This document shows, one piece after another, positions 1-8,907 of a DNA stretch of 64,000 bases. Every line of letters begins with the position of its first letter. The first letter of the stretch is position 1. The stretch is from an uncultured Catonella sp. (GTDB lineage Bacteria; Bacillota; Clostridia; Lachnospirales; Lachnospiraceae): positions 827,595-891,594 of the forward strand of contig CAKAER010000003.1 of assembly GCA_916438525.1 (NCBI GenBank). The letters run 5' to 3'. The notes below the pieces were generated by a model. The model was not told the DNA's origin. It ran no database searches and saw nothing but the letters and a program-made list of their open reading frames with translations. The position numbers and the translations under genes were made by a program.

Positions 1-98
1 CTGACAGCCTGAAAAAAGATTACGTTCCTTTTGAGGAAAGCAATGTGAAATTCTATAAAAGCGGAATAAATGCCAAAATTCCACCGGATATAAAATAG
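1..98 (+). CDS. 3' end of an unidentified ORF (partial)
   Basis: Open frame DSLKKDYVPFEESNVKFYKSGINAKIPPDIK* ending TAG at 96-98, followed by a hairpin at about 106-153. Confidence 0.35.
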   Translation, partial: DSLKKDYVPFEESNVKFYKSGINAKIPPDIK

Positions 99-105
99 GC
101 ACAGA

Positions 106-153
106 AAAAGCACATAGGTTAAAGATTTTACAATCTTAAAGTCATGTGCTTTT
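106..153. terminator. Probable bidirectional intrinsic terminator
   Basis: Inverted repeat AAAAGCACAT...ATGTGCTTTT with an inner AAGATT/AATCTT stem. Confidence 0.55.
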
Positions 154-215
154 GTGTTTAGATAAGATTCAATTATTACGGCAAATCGAATTTAATTAGA
201 GATTATGGATTTTCG

Positions 216-1705
216 GAGTATGTGAAACTTTTTCTGTAAATAGCTATTAAGCAATAGGTCTTCTATGATAAAATATAAATCATAGGAGGCCTTTTATTAT
301 GGCAAAAAGAGAAAAGAAACCGGTACACAAAGTTGTAATGACTGAAGGTAAAAGAAACATTATTCAGCAGTTACTTCAAGAGTATGATATTGAAACAGCT
401 GAAGACATTCAGGATGCACTTAAAGATCTGTTAGGTGGAACCATCAAAGAGATGATGGAAGCAGAAATGGATGAACATCTTGGATATGGTAAATCTGAGA
501 GATATGACAGTGATGACTACAGAAACGGCTATAAGCCTAAGATGGTTAATAGCAGCTATGGGCAGGTAGGAATTGAGGTTCCTCAGGATCGCAAGTCTAC
601 TTTCGAGCCTCAGATTGTTAAAAAACATCAAAAAGACATTTCAGATATTGACCAGAAGATCATATCTATGTATGCAAAAGGAATGACAACAAGGCAGATT
701 TCAGAGACAATAGAGGACATATATGGTTTTGAAACGTCTGAAGGTTTCATTTCAGATGTAACAGATAAAATCCTGCCTCAGATTGAAGACTGGCAGAACA
801 GACCGTTAGATGAAGTTTATCCAATCCTTTATATTGATGCTATCCATTATTCTGTGCGCGATAACGGTGTAATAAGAAAGCTTGCTGCATATGTCATCTT
901 AGGTATCAATACTGAGGGAAAGAAAGAAGTGCTTACAATACAGGTAGGCGACAACGAAAGTTCAAAATACTGGCTATCCGTACTAAATGAGCTTAAAAAC
1001 AGAGGAGTAAATGACATCCTTGTAATCTGCGCTGATGGTCTTACCGGTATAAAGGAAGCTATTGGAGCAGCCTTTCCTAAAACAGAGTATCAAAGATGTA
1101 TCGTTCATCAGGTTCGTAATACATTGAAATATGTACCTGATAAAGACAGAAAAGCATTTGCGACAGATTTGAAGACCATTTACCAGGCTTCTGATGAAAA
1201 GAAAGCTCTGGTGGCCTTGGAACAGGTGACTGAAAAATGGACGCCAAAGTATCCTAACTCAATGAAACGCTGGAAGGATAACTGGGATGTTATTTCTCCT
1301 ATTTTCAAGTTTTCTTCTGTTGTTAGAAAGGTTATTTATACAACTAATGCTATAGAATCGCTTAATTCTACATACCGTAAGCTTAACCGTCAGAAAAGCG
1401 TATTTCAAAGCGATACAGCCATCCTTAAGGCCTTGTATTTAGCCACATTTGAAGCAACTAAAAAATGGACTACCACGATACGAAACTGGGCACAGGTCTA
1501 CGGTGAGTTAAGCATTATGTATGAAGGACGACTGTCTGAATAGAATACAGTGGTAAAAGACGTGGGTGACTTAGCCACCCTATATTGACAACCCCTTTTT
1601 TAGCTGTTATATATATATATAACAAGGGTGAAAATCCTATTTAAGAGATTTCCACCCTTTATTATCATAGAAGATTTTTATTTACAGACTTATCTTCATA
1701 GTCTC
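216..1705 (+). mobile_element. Complete IS256-family insertion sequence with 8-bp target-site duplication
   Basis: Imperfect 25-bp terminal IRs (GAGTATGTGAAACTTTTTCTGTAAA 216-240; TTTACAGACTTATCTTCATAGTCTC 1681-1705). Direct repeat GATTTTCG at 208-215 and 1706-1713. Single transposase ORF. Confidence 0.93.
299..1543 (+). CDS. IS256/Mutator-family DDE transposase
   Basis: Motifs RNGY, PQDR..FEP, YAKGMTTR, YIDAI, ADGLTG, QRCIVH, YTTNAIES; AGGAGG RBS. Confidence 0.95.
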   Translation: MAKREKKPVHKVVMTEGKRNIIQQLLQEYDIETAEDIQDALKDLLGGTIKEMMEAEMDEHLGYGKSERYDSDDYRNGYKPKMVNSSYGQVGIEVPQDRKSTFEPQIVKKHQKDISDIDQKIISMYAKGMTTRQISETIEDIYGFETSEGFISDVTDKILPQIEDWQNRPLDEVYPILYIDAIHYSVRDNGVIRKLAAYVILGINTEGKKEVLTIQVGDNESSKYWLSVLNELKNRGVNDILVICADGLTGIKEAIGAAFPKTEYQRCIVHQVRNTLKYVPDKDRKAFATDLKTIYQASDEKKALVALEQVTEKWTPKYPNSMKRWKDNWDVISPIFKFSSVVRKVIYTTNAIESLNSTYRKLNRQKSVFQSDTAILKALYLATFEATKKWTTTIRNWAQVYGELSIMYEGRLSE

Positions 1706-1713
1706 GATTTTCG

Positions 1714-2499
1714 TTTAGTAAAAATTTAGTAATCAACTGGTTCCTATTACTATCAAATTCCTTTTTTTATAACACTTTTTAGTCTCTAAACAGTATCCGA
1801 ATGTTCACAAATCCATTTCTCCATTTTTATATATTTATCCTCATTGAAACAACTTCCATTTTTTTATAAAGAATCAAATAGTATCTTGTTAACAGGATAC
1901 ACTAATATTAAACTTTTAAAAAATATAATTATTATTATTAATTTTTTTCTAAAGATTAAAGGCACACGATCTTCAAGTCTAAAAATCAATATATATTTCA
2001 ATTATTTTAGTTAAGTTAACATTATTAGTTATTGACTCTCTATTAATCCCAAATATTTCGTCAACGTAGTGTCTCGTTCTACAAGTGATTTTTAATAATT
2101 TGAATTTTTTTCTTGGTCATTATTCATTTTCTTCACACACATATTTATTAAATATTCTTGTTTATTTTCAAGAATTAATTCCAAACACCACTTCCTGGTA
2201 GTCGCATCATTTCTTGCATAAATTACTTTCTCAATCTCAGAATTACTCATAAAGGAAATTTTTTCTAATATCAAATTCATCATTAACATTATATACATTC
2301 ATATCTCCTCTAATTAGATGTGTATTCCCAAAGTTATCACCTTCTACAGATGAATTTACTTGAATTGAATTGTCACCAGATTTTTGCTTGACTTTGCGTT
2401 TATATTTTTTTGATGAGCTTTTTCTCCAATGATCCCCATTACTATTCCTACAATCAAAGATATTATTTGTGTTCCTATTCCATTAAATATCCATTCCAT
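1714..2499 (-). pseudogene. Very AT-rich accessory hypothetical protein with N-terminal membrane helix, frameshifted (includes ORF 2092-2298)
   Basis: GGAGAG RBS then MEWIFNGIGTQIISLIVGIVMGIIG; reading continues through frame changes at A/T runs (QKSGDNSIQVN, then SFMSNSEIEKVIY). The 3' end appears to run up to the IS256 insertion site. Confidence 0.45.
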
Positions 2500-2547
2500 T
2501 TATAATCTCTCCATACATTTCTTATTTGTCACACACTATTTTCCACA

Positions 2548-2578
2548 AAAGCCTCCCACTAAAACGATGGAAGGCTTT
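2548..2578 (-). terminator. Terminator downstream of guaA
   Basis: AAAGCCT..CCA / TGG..AGGCTTT hairpin with a T-run on the minus strand. Confidence 0.5.
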
Positions 2579-2730
2579 AAAGAATTCACCTAAATTCAAC
2601 AACTCCCTTTTGAAACTATTATTTCAACTTTTTAGTATCAAAATAGTATCACTCAGGAGTTTTTTATTTCCATAAATCGATAAAATCCACTATTTTCAAC
2701 AGTTTTATAACAGTATCATATTTGTTACTG

Positions 2731-4275
2731 TTACTCAAACTCAATAGTCCCCGGTGGCTTACTGGTTATATCATACAGTACCCTGTTAACTCCCCTGACC
2801 TCATTTATTATCCTGCTTACAACCTTCTGCAATACCTCCCAAGGTATCTCGCTTGCCTCGGCTGTCATAAAATCAGTCGTATTTACTGCCCTTAGTGCAA
2901 TAGCATAATCATAAGTTCTCTCGTCACCCATTACACCTACCGATCTCATATTGGTAAGTGCCGCAAAGTACTGACCTATAGTTTTGTCTAATCCTGCATT
3001 TGCTATCTCTTCTCTGTAGATTGCATCTGCATCCTGAACTATTTTCACCTTCTCAGCAGTTACTTCGCCGATTATTCTTATCCCAAGTCCCGGGCCAGGG
3101 AATGGCTGGCGGAATACAAGACGTTCAGGGATGCCAAGTTCAAGGCCTACCTTTCTTACTTCGTCCTTAAAGAGATTGCGCAGAGGCTCAATAATTTCCT
3201 TAAAATCAACATAGTCAGGAAGTCCGCCTACATTGTGGTGTGATTTTATTACTACCGACTCACCGCCTACACCGCTTTCCACTACATCAGGATAAATTGT
3301 TCCCTGTACAAGGTAGTCCACTGTCCCTATTTTTTTCGCTTCTTCTTCAAATACCCGGATAAATTCCTCACCTATTATCTTACGCTTGGTCTCAGGCTCT
3401 ATAACTCCTGCAAGCTTATCGTAGAATCTCTGCTGTGCATTTACTCTGATAAAATTCAGCTCATAGCTTCCATTTGGACCAAATACAGCTTCTACTTCGT
3501 CTCCTTCATTTTTACGAAGTAAACCATGGTCTACAAATACACAGGTAAGCTGCTTACCGACTGCCTTAGAAAGAAGAACTGCCGCTACAGAGGAATCAAC
3601 TCCGCCTGATAAGGCACAAAGTACCTTACCGTTTCCTACTTTTTCTCTGATTTCCTTTATACTGCTTTCTGCAAAAGCTGACATTTTCCAGTCTCCTGCA
3701 CAACCACAGATGTTATGTACAAAATTTGACAACATTTCCTTGCCATACTCGGTATGAAGCACCTCAGGGTGGAACTGTATTCCGTAAAGCCCTGCCTCTA
3801 CATTTTCAATAGCCGCATTTGCGGTAGATACTGTGTGGGCAATAGAAGTAAAGCCTTCTGCAAGTTTTGATATATAGTCAAAATGGCTCATCCATACGAT
3901 TGATTTTTCAGGAATTCCGGTAAAAAGTTTTGAGGATGTGTTAAAAGCAGTTTCTGTCTTTCCGTATTCCCTATGCTCCGCCTTTTCAACCTTACCTCCA
4001 AGGACATGGCTCATAAGCTGGGCTCCGTAGCAAAGTCCAAGTACAGGAATCCCCATTTTAAATAATTCCTCACTACAGGTTGCAGCGTTTTCCTCATACA
4101 CACTGCTTGGTCCTCCTGTAAGAATAATTCCCTTAGGATCCATTTCCTTTATTTTAGATAATTCTGTCTTATAAGAATATATTTCACAATAAACATTGGC
4201 TTCACGCACTCTTCTGGCTACAAGCTGGTTGTACTGTCCGCCAAAATCAATTACAACTACTAATTCTTTTTTCAC
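2731..4275 (-). CDS. guaA: GMP synthase (glutamine-hydrolysing)
   Basis: [45 protein letters not shown] start. Confidence 0.97.
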   Translation of the reverse strand: MKKELVVVIDFGGQYNQLVARRVREANVYCEIYSYKTELSKIKEMDPKGIILTGGPSSVYEENAATCSEELFKMGIPVLGLCYGAQLMSHVLGGKVEKAEHREYGKTETAFNTSSKLFTGIPEKSIVWMSHFDYISKLAEGFTSIAHTVSTANAAIENVEAGLYGIQFHPEVLHTEYGKEMLSNFVHNICGCAGDWKMSAFAESSIKEIREKVGNGKVLCALSGGVDSSVAAVLLSKAVGKQLTCVFVDHGLLRKNEGDEVEAVFGPNGSYELNFIRVNAQQRFYDKLAGVIEPETKRKIIGEEFIRVFEEEAKKIGTVDYLVQGTIYPDVVESGVGGESVVIKSHHNVGGLPDYVDFKEIIEPLRNLFKDEVRKVGLELGIPERLVFRQPFPGPGLGIRIIGEVTAEKVKIVQDADAIYREEIANAGLDKTIGQYFAALTNMRSVGVMGDERTYDYAIALRAVNTTDFMTAEASEIPWEVLQKVVSRIINEVRGVNRVLYDITSKPPGTIEFE

Positions 4276-4354
4276 TTGAGGCTCCTTTCAAGTTTTTAAT
4301 TAAAAATCTATTAAAAAAATATAACATAAAAACCCTATATTATTCAATTATCAT

Positions 4355-4567
4355 ATGATACAAGTGTCAAAAGTATAAAAATTCGATGCAAGCTTGCTTG
4401 CAAGAGAATTTATTATCTTTTGACACGCAAAAATATGAGTAAGTAGCCATTTTTTGCAAAAAAAATGAGCGGATTACGAATATTTTTGCAAAAACCCGGA
4501 GAGGGGAAGCCGAAGCAATCCTGTATCATTGGGTGTCAAATACTTTTGACACCCATATCATCATATA
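4355..4567. repeat. Multi-hairpin palindromic element (REP/MITE-like or structured RNA)
   Basis: Outer ATGATACA/TGTATCAT; hairpins GTGTCAAAAG...TGCAAGC/GCTTGCA...CTTTTGACAC and GCAAAAATAT...ATATTTTTGC; then TGGGTGTCAAA/TTTGACACCCA. Confidence 0.6.
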
Positions 4568-4765
4568 AAGATTATATATGATACAGTCTGTATTTTTGCC
4601 GATTTAAGCTAGACAAAAATTTTTTTAACTTAAAACTACTTCCATATAAATAAAAATGAGCCGACGCACCGTGCAAAATGCTAATAAATATAGTAAACTT
4701 AAATACTTACAATTACTGTATTTTTTTCGCATTTTTGTACTTGGTACAACAGCCCATAATTAAAT

Positions 4766-6211
4766 TTATATTTTTAAAAATCTATTCTTGCATTTATTTA
4801 CGCATCCTTTAAAAAATGCCTTATAGCAAAGATATGCCTCATAAATATCAGCCTTACAGCTTATTTCCCAAGGAGCATGCATATTCATAACCGCAACTCC
4901 TGAGTCGATTACTTCCATATTGTAAGCAGCCGCTATATAAGCGATAGTTCCGCCGCCACCCTGGTCTACCTTACCAAGTTCTGCCGTCTGGAAGGTTATG
5001 TTATTGTCCTTCATTATCTTTCTGATGACTGCCATATACTCGGCAGTTGCCTCATTGCTGCCACTCTTACCGCGAGATCCTGTATATTTATTAAATACAA
5101 TTCCTTTTCCAAAGTAAGCTGTATTCTTCTTCTCATTTACATTAGGATAGTTAGGATCAAAGGCTGCACTTACATCAGATGAGAGCATACGTGAATTAGC
5201 AAGAGCCCTTCTTAGGTCAAGTTCATTATACTCGCCTGCAAGGTTCATAACCTCTGCCACTACATTTTCAAAAAATCTGGAATGCATACCTGTAGCACCC
5301 ACACTTCCTATTTCTTCCTTGTCTACAAGCAGACAGCAGCCTGTTTTATCAGGAGCTGGAGCATCAAGTATAGCCTTAAGTGAAGTATAGGCACAAACCC
5401 TGTCATCCTGTCCGTAGCCCATTATCATACTGCTGTCAAGACCGTAATGCTTAGCTTTTCCTGCCGGAACTATCTCAAGGTCTGCGGAGAGGAAGTCCTC
5501 TTCCTCAATACCGTATTTATCCTTTAATATCTTAAGAATATTTGCCTTTACAGCCTCTTTTTCTTCACCCTTAAGCGGCATACTTCCAAGCATTACATTG
5601 AGGTCTTCTCCCTCTACTACCTTAGAAGCAGTCTTTTGCATCTGATCTGCCGAAAGATGGATAAGTAAATCTGTAATTCCTATTACAGGCCCTTCTTCGT
5701 CTTCACCTATACAGATATTTAGGGAGGTTCCGTCCTCTTTTACTACTACACCATGTATAGCCAATGGAAGTGTTACCCACTGGTACTTCTTAATACCGCC
5801 ATAATAATGCGTATCAAGCATAGCAATCTCTGTGTCCTCATAAAGAGGTACCTGTTTAGCATCTATTCTAGGTGAGTCTATATGAGCACAAAGTATATTT
5901 AAGCCTTCTGCCAGAGGTTTCTTTCCTATTACAAAGAGTGCAAGAGCCTTGCCCATATTTGACATATAGACTTTATCACCGGCTTTTAATTTTTTCTTCT
6001 TTGCAATAAGTTCGCTAAGATCTTTATAACCTGCCTTTTTTGCCTGTTTAATTGACTCGTCCACACATTCTCTTTCAGTTTTACAGTCTGAAATAAACTG
6101 TCTGTAGGTCTCACTTAATGCAAAGCAAGCCTCAAGTGCCTTTTTATCGTACTTCTCCCAGGCACTCTGCCTTATCTCCTTTTGTTTTTTCTCTGTCTTT
6201 TTTGCTGCCAT
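4766..6211 (-). CDS. M18-family aminopeptidase (ApeA-like)
   Basis: AHIDSPR, YYGGIKKYQW, GQDDR, DKEEIGS, GGGGTI, MHAPWE. Likely ATG at 6211 after AAAGGAG. The last codons are probably shifted by a T-run indel. Confidence 0.9.
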   Translation of the reverse strand: MAAKKTEKKQKEIRQSAWEKYDKKALEACFALSETYRQFISDCKTERECVDESIKQAKKAGYKDLSELIAKKKKLKAGDKVYMSNMGKALALFVIGKKPLAEGLNILCAHIDSPRIDAKQVPLYEDTEIAMLDTHYYGGIKKYQWVTLPLAIHGVVVKEDGTSLNICIGEDEEGPVIGITDLLIHLSADQMQKTASKVVEGEDLNVMLGSMPLKGEEKEAVKANILKILKDKYGIEEEDFLSADLEIVPAGKAKHYGLDSSMIMGYGQDDRVCAYTSLKAILDAPAPDKTGCCLLVDKEEIGSVGATGMHSRFFENVVAEVMNLAGEYNELDLRRALANSRMLSSDVSAAFDPNYPNVNEKKNTAYFGKGIVFNKYTGSRGKSGSNEATAEYMAVIRKIMKDNNITFQTAELGKVDQGGGGTIAYIAAAYNMEVIDSGVAVMNMHAPWEISCKADIYEAYLCYKAFFKGCVNKCKNRFLKI

Positions 6212-6304
6212 TTTATCTCCTTTCAATCCCTTGTAAATCCGGGTTGTATTTTCAACTTAACATTTATTACAGGTTTTACACCACTAGCCAGACAACAATC
6301 TGTC

Positions 6305-6461
6305 TTGCAATTAATTTTGTAATATGCTATATTTATGGAGAAGAGAGTATCCATGTCAAATGTATACTCCCTAAGACTTGGTGCTGATGTCCATAAGGAC
6401 GCACCTATCTTTATCAGTGACGAGCTAGGTAAACTTACTTTCTTTTGCGGAGAAAAGTAAG
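6305..6461 (+). ncRNA. Putative type I antitoxin sRNA with its sigmaA promoter
   Basis: TTGCAA(6305)-17-TATATT(6328) with extended TG; stems GAGTAT/ATACTC and GGTGC..GTCC-ATAA-GGAC-GCACC; terminal hairpin CTTACTTT/AAAGTAAG (6434-6461) overlapping the toxin stop. Confidence 0.6.
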
Positions 6462-6542
6462 AATGTTAATAATCAGACCTCCGAAGGACATCAGCAGTGC
6501 TAATATCCCCAGAAAAATCATAATGATTTCATAATCTGTCAT
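6435..6542 (-). CDS. Small hydrophobic type I toxin (holin-like toxin style), 35 aa
   Basis: MTDYEIIMIFLGILALLMSFGGLIINILTFLRKRK: one TM helix and a basic tail. SD AAGGGAGG with an upstream anti-SD CTCCCT; promoter TTGAAA(6657)-17-TAGAAT(6634). Confidence 0.72.
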   Translation of the reverse strand: MTDYEIIMIFLGILALLMSFGGLIINILTFLRKRK

Positions 6543-6786
6543 ACACATCCCTCCCTTCGTATTATTCCGATTACTCGGTTTGTACTTAGGGAGTTTTCCC
6601 ATTCTGCCACAGATACTCTCCGAAAAACATTCTAGCATATCAGACTTATACTTTCAATAAACAGTAAATAATATTTTTTTACTTAAATAGCCTTAAATAT
6701 CAAGGGTAAAGTCCAGATAAAAAAATTAAAATAAATGCCTATATATTTATGACAGTGTTAAAAAAACTGAAAAGATTTGAAACATC

Positions 6787-6817
6787 AAAAAGACCGCCAT
6801 TTCTGACGGTCTTTCTT
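6787..6817 (-). terminator. Flagellin copy 1 terminator
   Basis: AAAGACCGTCAGAAATGGCGGTCTTTTT on the minus strand; a near-identical copy lies at 8038-8068. Confidence 0.85.
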
Positions 6818-6835
6818 ATTATGTGTAATATAATA

Positions 6836-7648
6836 TTATCTAAGCAATGAAAGTACTCCCTGTGTAGACTGGTTAGCCTGTGCAAGCATAGCCTGACCTG
6901 CCTGTGTAAGAATGTTGTTCTTGCTGAAGTTAACCATCTCTGTAGGAACATCTGTATCACGGATACGTGACTCAGCTGCCTGTGTATTCTCTGATACGTT
7001 ATCAAGGTTGAGTACTGTATGCTCAAGACGGTTCTGAAGAGCACCAAGGTCTGATCTCTGCTCAGATACAACTTTAATTGCTCCCTGGAATGCTTCGATT
7101 GCTGTCTCTGCTCCATCCTGAGTTGTAAGATCCTGGTCAGCAGCTCCGATTGTTGCCGCATCCATGTTGTTGATGCTGATTTCGATTGTCTGATCCTTAA
7201 GCGCACCTACGTGAATCTTCTTCTCTGTGAAATCTCCATCAAGAAGGTTCTGTGTATTGAATGCTGTTGTCTCTCTGATTCTGTCTATCTCAGATGTAAG
7301 CGCTACAACTTCCTTCTGGATTGCATTTCTGTCATCATTTGTGTTAGTATCGTTAGCTGCCTGTACTGCAAGCTCGTTCATTCTCTGAAGAATAGAATGT
7401 GTCTCGTTAAGAGCACCTTCTGCTACCTGGATAAGTGAAATACCATCCTGTGCATTTGCAGATGATCTGTTAAGACCTCTTACCTGGCTTCTCATCTTCT
7501 CAGATATTGTAAGACCTGCTGCATCGTCTGCTGCTCTGTTGATCTTGTATCCTGATGAAAGCTTCTCAGATGACTTTGCCTGTAATGCGCTTGTGATTCC
7601 TAACTGTCTGTTTGAGTTCATTGCTGTAAGATTGTGCTGTACTACCAT
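6836..7648 (-). CDS. fliC: Flagellin, 270 aa (copy 1)
   Basis: LSSGYKINRAADDAAGL, LQRMNELAVQA, LGALQNRLEH, AESRIRDTD, QANQ..Q.VLSLLR. Confidence 0.97.
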   Translation of the reverse strand: MVVQHNLTAMNSNRQLGITSALQAKSSEKLSSGYKINRAADDAAGLTISEKMRSQVRGLNRSSANAQDGISLIQVAEGALNETHSILQRMNELAVQAANDTNTNDDRNAIQKEVVALTSEIDRIRETTAFNTQNLLDGDFTEKKIHVGALKDQTIEISINNMDAATIGAADQDLTTQDGAETAIEAFQGAIKVVSEQRSDLGALQNRLEHTVLNLDNVSENTQAAESRIRDTDVPTEMVNFSKNNILTQAGQAMLAQANQSTQGVLSLLR

Positions 7649-7655
7649 AATAATT

Positions 7656-7789
7656 TTCCTCCTTGAATTTAAAATCGGCTTCCTTGCCGTTATTTTTGTT
7701 ATTATTGGTGAGGTACATTAGGCTTCGGCCGTAAGCACTATGTTTTCTTCCTCACATATTATATATCGGTTTTACTTGAAAAAAACTTA
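7656..7789 (-). promoter_or_regulatory. sigma28 (FliA/SigD) promoter and CsrA-binding leader of flagellin 1
   Basis: TAAG-N15-ACCGATAT (7789-7763); hairpin CGGC-AAGGAA-GCCG (7689-7676); a second AGGA in the SD (CAAGGAGG). Confidence 0.8.
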
Positions 7790-7837
7790 ATAGATAATTT
7801 TAACTTTTTATAAAAATTTAATTGTAATATATCCGGC

Positions 7838-8017
7838 TTGCAATTACTGCTCCTATATGCTATATTTATGGAGAAGAGAGTATCCATTACAAAATGAATG
7901 CTCCCTAAGAATTAGCTGATGTCCCGAAGGACATTATGCCTATCTTGCCTCCTACGCAAAATAGGAAAACTTCACTATCCAAGGACTAATTCTACCACCA
8001 TAATATCATTGTTTCAA
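7838..8017 (+). ncRNA. Second copy of the TA-like RNA module, lacking the toxin ORF
   Basis: TTGCAA(7838)-17-TATATT(7861), same ATATGCTATATTTATGGAGAAGAGAGTATCCAT start as copy 1, CTCCCTAAGA and GCTGATGTCC..GGAC conserved; opposing TTGAAA(8017)-17-TAGAAT(7994) retained. Confidence 0.55.
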
Positions 8018-8037
8018 CATTGTTTTATTTAAACACC

Positions 8038-8068
8038 AAAAAGACCGTCATTTCTGACGGTCTTTCTT
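8038..8068 (-). terminator. Flagellin copy 2 terminator
   Basis: AAAGACCGTCAGAAATGACGGTCTTTTT on the minus strand. Confidence 0.85.
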
Positions 8069-8086
8069 ATTATGTGTACTTTAAGA

Positions 8087-8900
8087 TTATCTAAGTAATG
8101 AAAAGAACACCCTGTGTAGACTGGTTAGCCTGTGCAAGCATAGCCTGGCCTGCCTGTGCAAGAATGTTATTCTTGCTGAAGTTAACCATCTCTGTAGGAA
8201 CATCTGTATCACGGATACGTGACTCAGCTGCCTGTGTATTCTCTGATACGTTATCAAGGTTGAGTACTGTATGCTCAAGACGGTTCTGAAGAGCACCAAG
8301 GTCTGATCTCTGCTCAGATACAACTTTAATTGCTCCCTGGAATGCTTCGATTGCTGTCTCTGCTCCATCCTGAGTTGTAAGATCCTGGTCAGCAGCTCCG
8401 ATTGTTGCTGCATCCATGTTGTTGATGCTGATTTCGATTGTCTGATCCTTAAGTGCACCTACGTGAATCTTCTTCTCTGTGAAATCTCCATCAAGAAGGT
8501 TCTGTGTATTGAATGCTGTTGTCTCTCTGATTCTGTCTATCTCAGATGTAAGCGCTACAACTTCCTTCTGGATTGCATTTCTGTCATCATTTGTGTTAGT
8601 ATCGTTAGCTGCCTGTACTGCAAGCTCGTTCATTCTCTGAAGAATAGAATGTGTCTCGTTAAGAGCACCTTCTGCTACCTGGATAAGTGAAATACCATCC
8701 TGTGCATTTGCAGATGATCTGTTAAGACCTCTTACCTGGCTTCTCATCTTCTCAGATATTGTAAGACCTGCTGCATCGTCTGCTGCTCTGTTGATCTTGT
8801 ATCCTGATGAAAGCTTCTCAGATGACTTTGCCTGTAATGCGCTTGTGATTCCTAACTGTCTGTTTGAGTTCATTGCTGTAAGATTGTGCTGTACTACCAT
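8087..8900 (-). CDS. fliC: Flagellin (copy 2), near-identical to copy 1, with one extra base near the 3' end
   Basis: Same protein except NILAQAG versus NILTQAG; removing one T from the run at about 8101 restores VLSLLR*; ATG at 8900 after AAGGAGG. Confidence 0.95.
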
Positions 8901-8907
8901 AATAATT

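Noticed and set aside
6384..6405. CTGATGTCC-ATAA-GGACGCAC resembling a hammerhead ribozyme core
   Set aside because: It lacks the GA of CUGAUGA and the GAAA strand in both copies, and the motif is explained by complementarity to the toxin coding region.
6543..6638. 67-aa extended version of the toxin ORF
   Set aside because: The upstream ATG overlaps the -10 element; the SD points to the start at 6542 (or 6548).
6739..8690. Duplicated alternative-frame ORFs (6739-7206, 7211-7438, 8087-8458, 8463-8690)
   Set aside because: Shadow frames of the duplicated flagellins, without RBS or recognisable motifs. The same applies to the many antisense ORFs over housekeeping genes.
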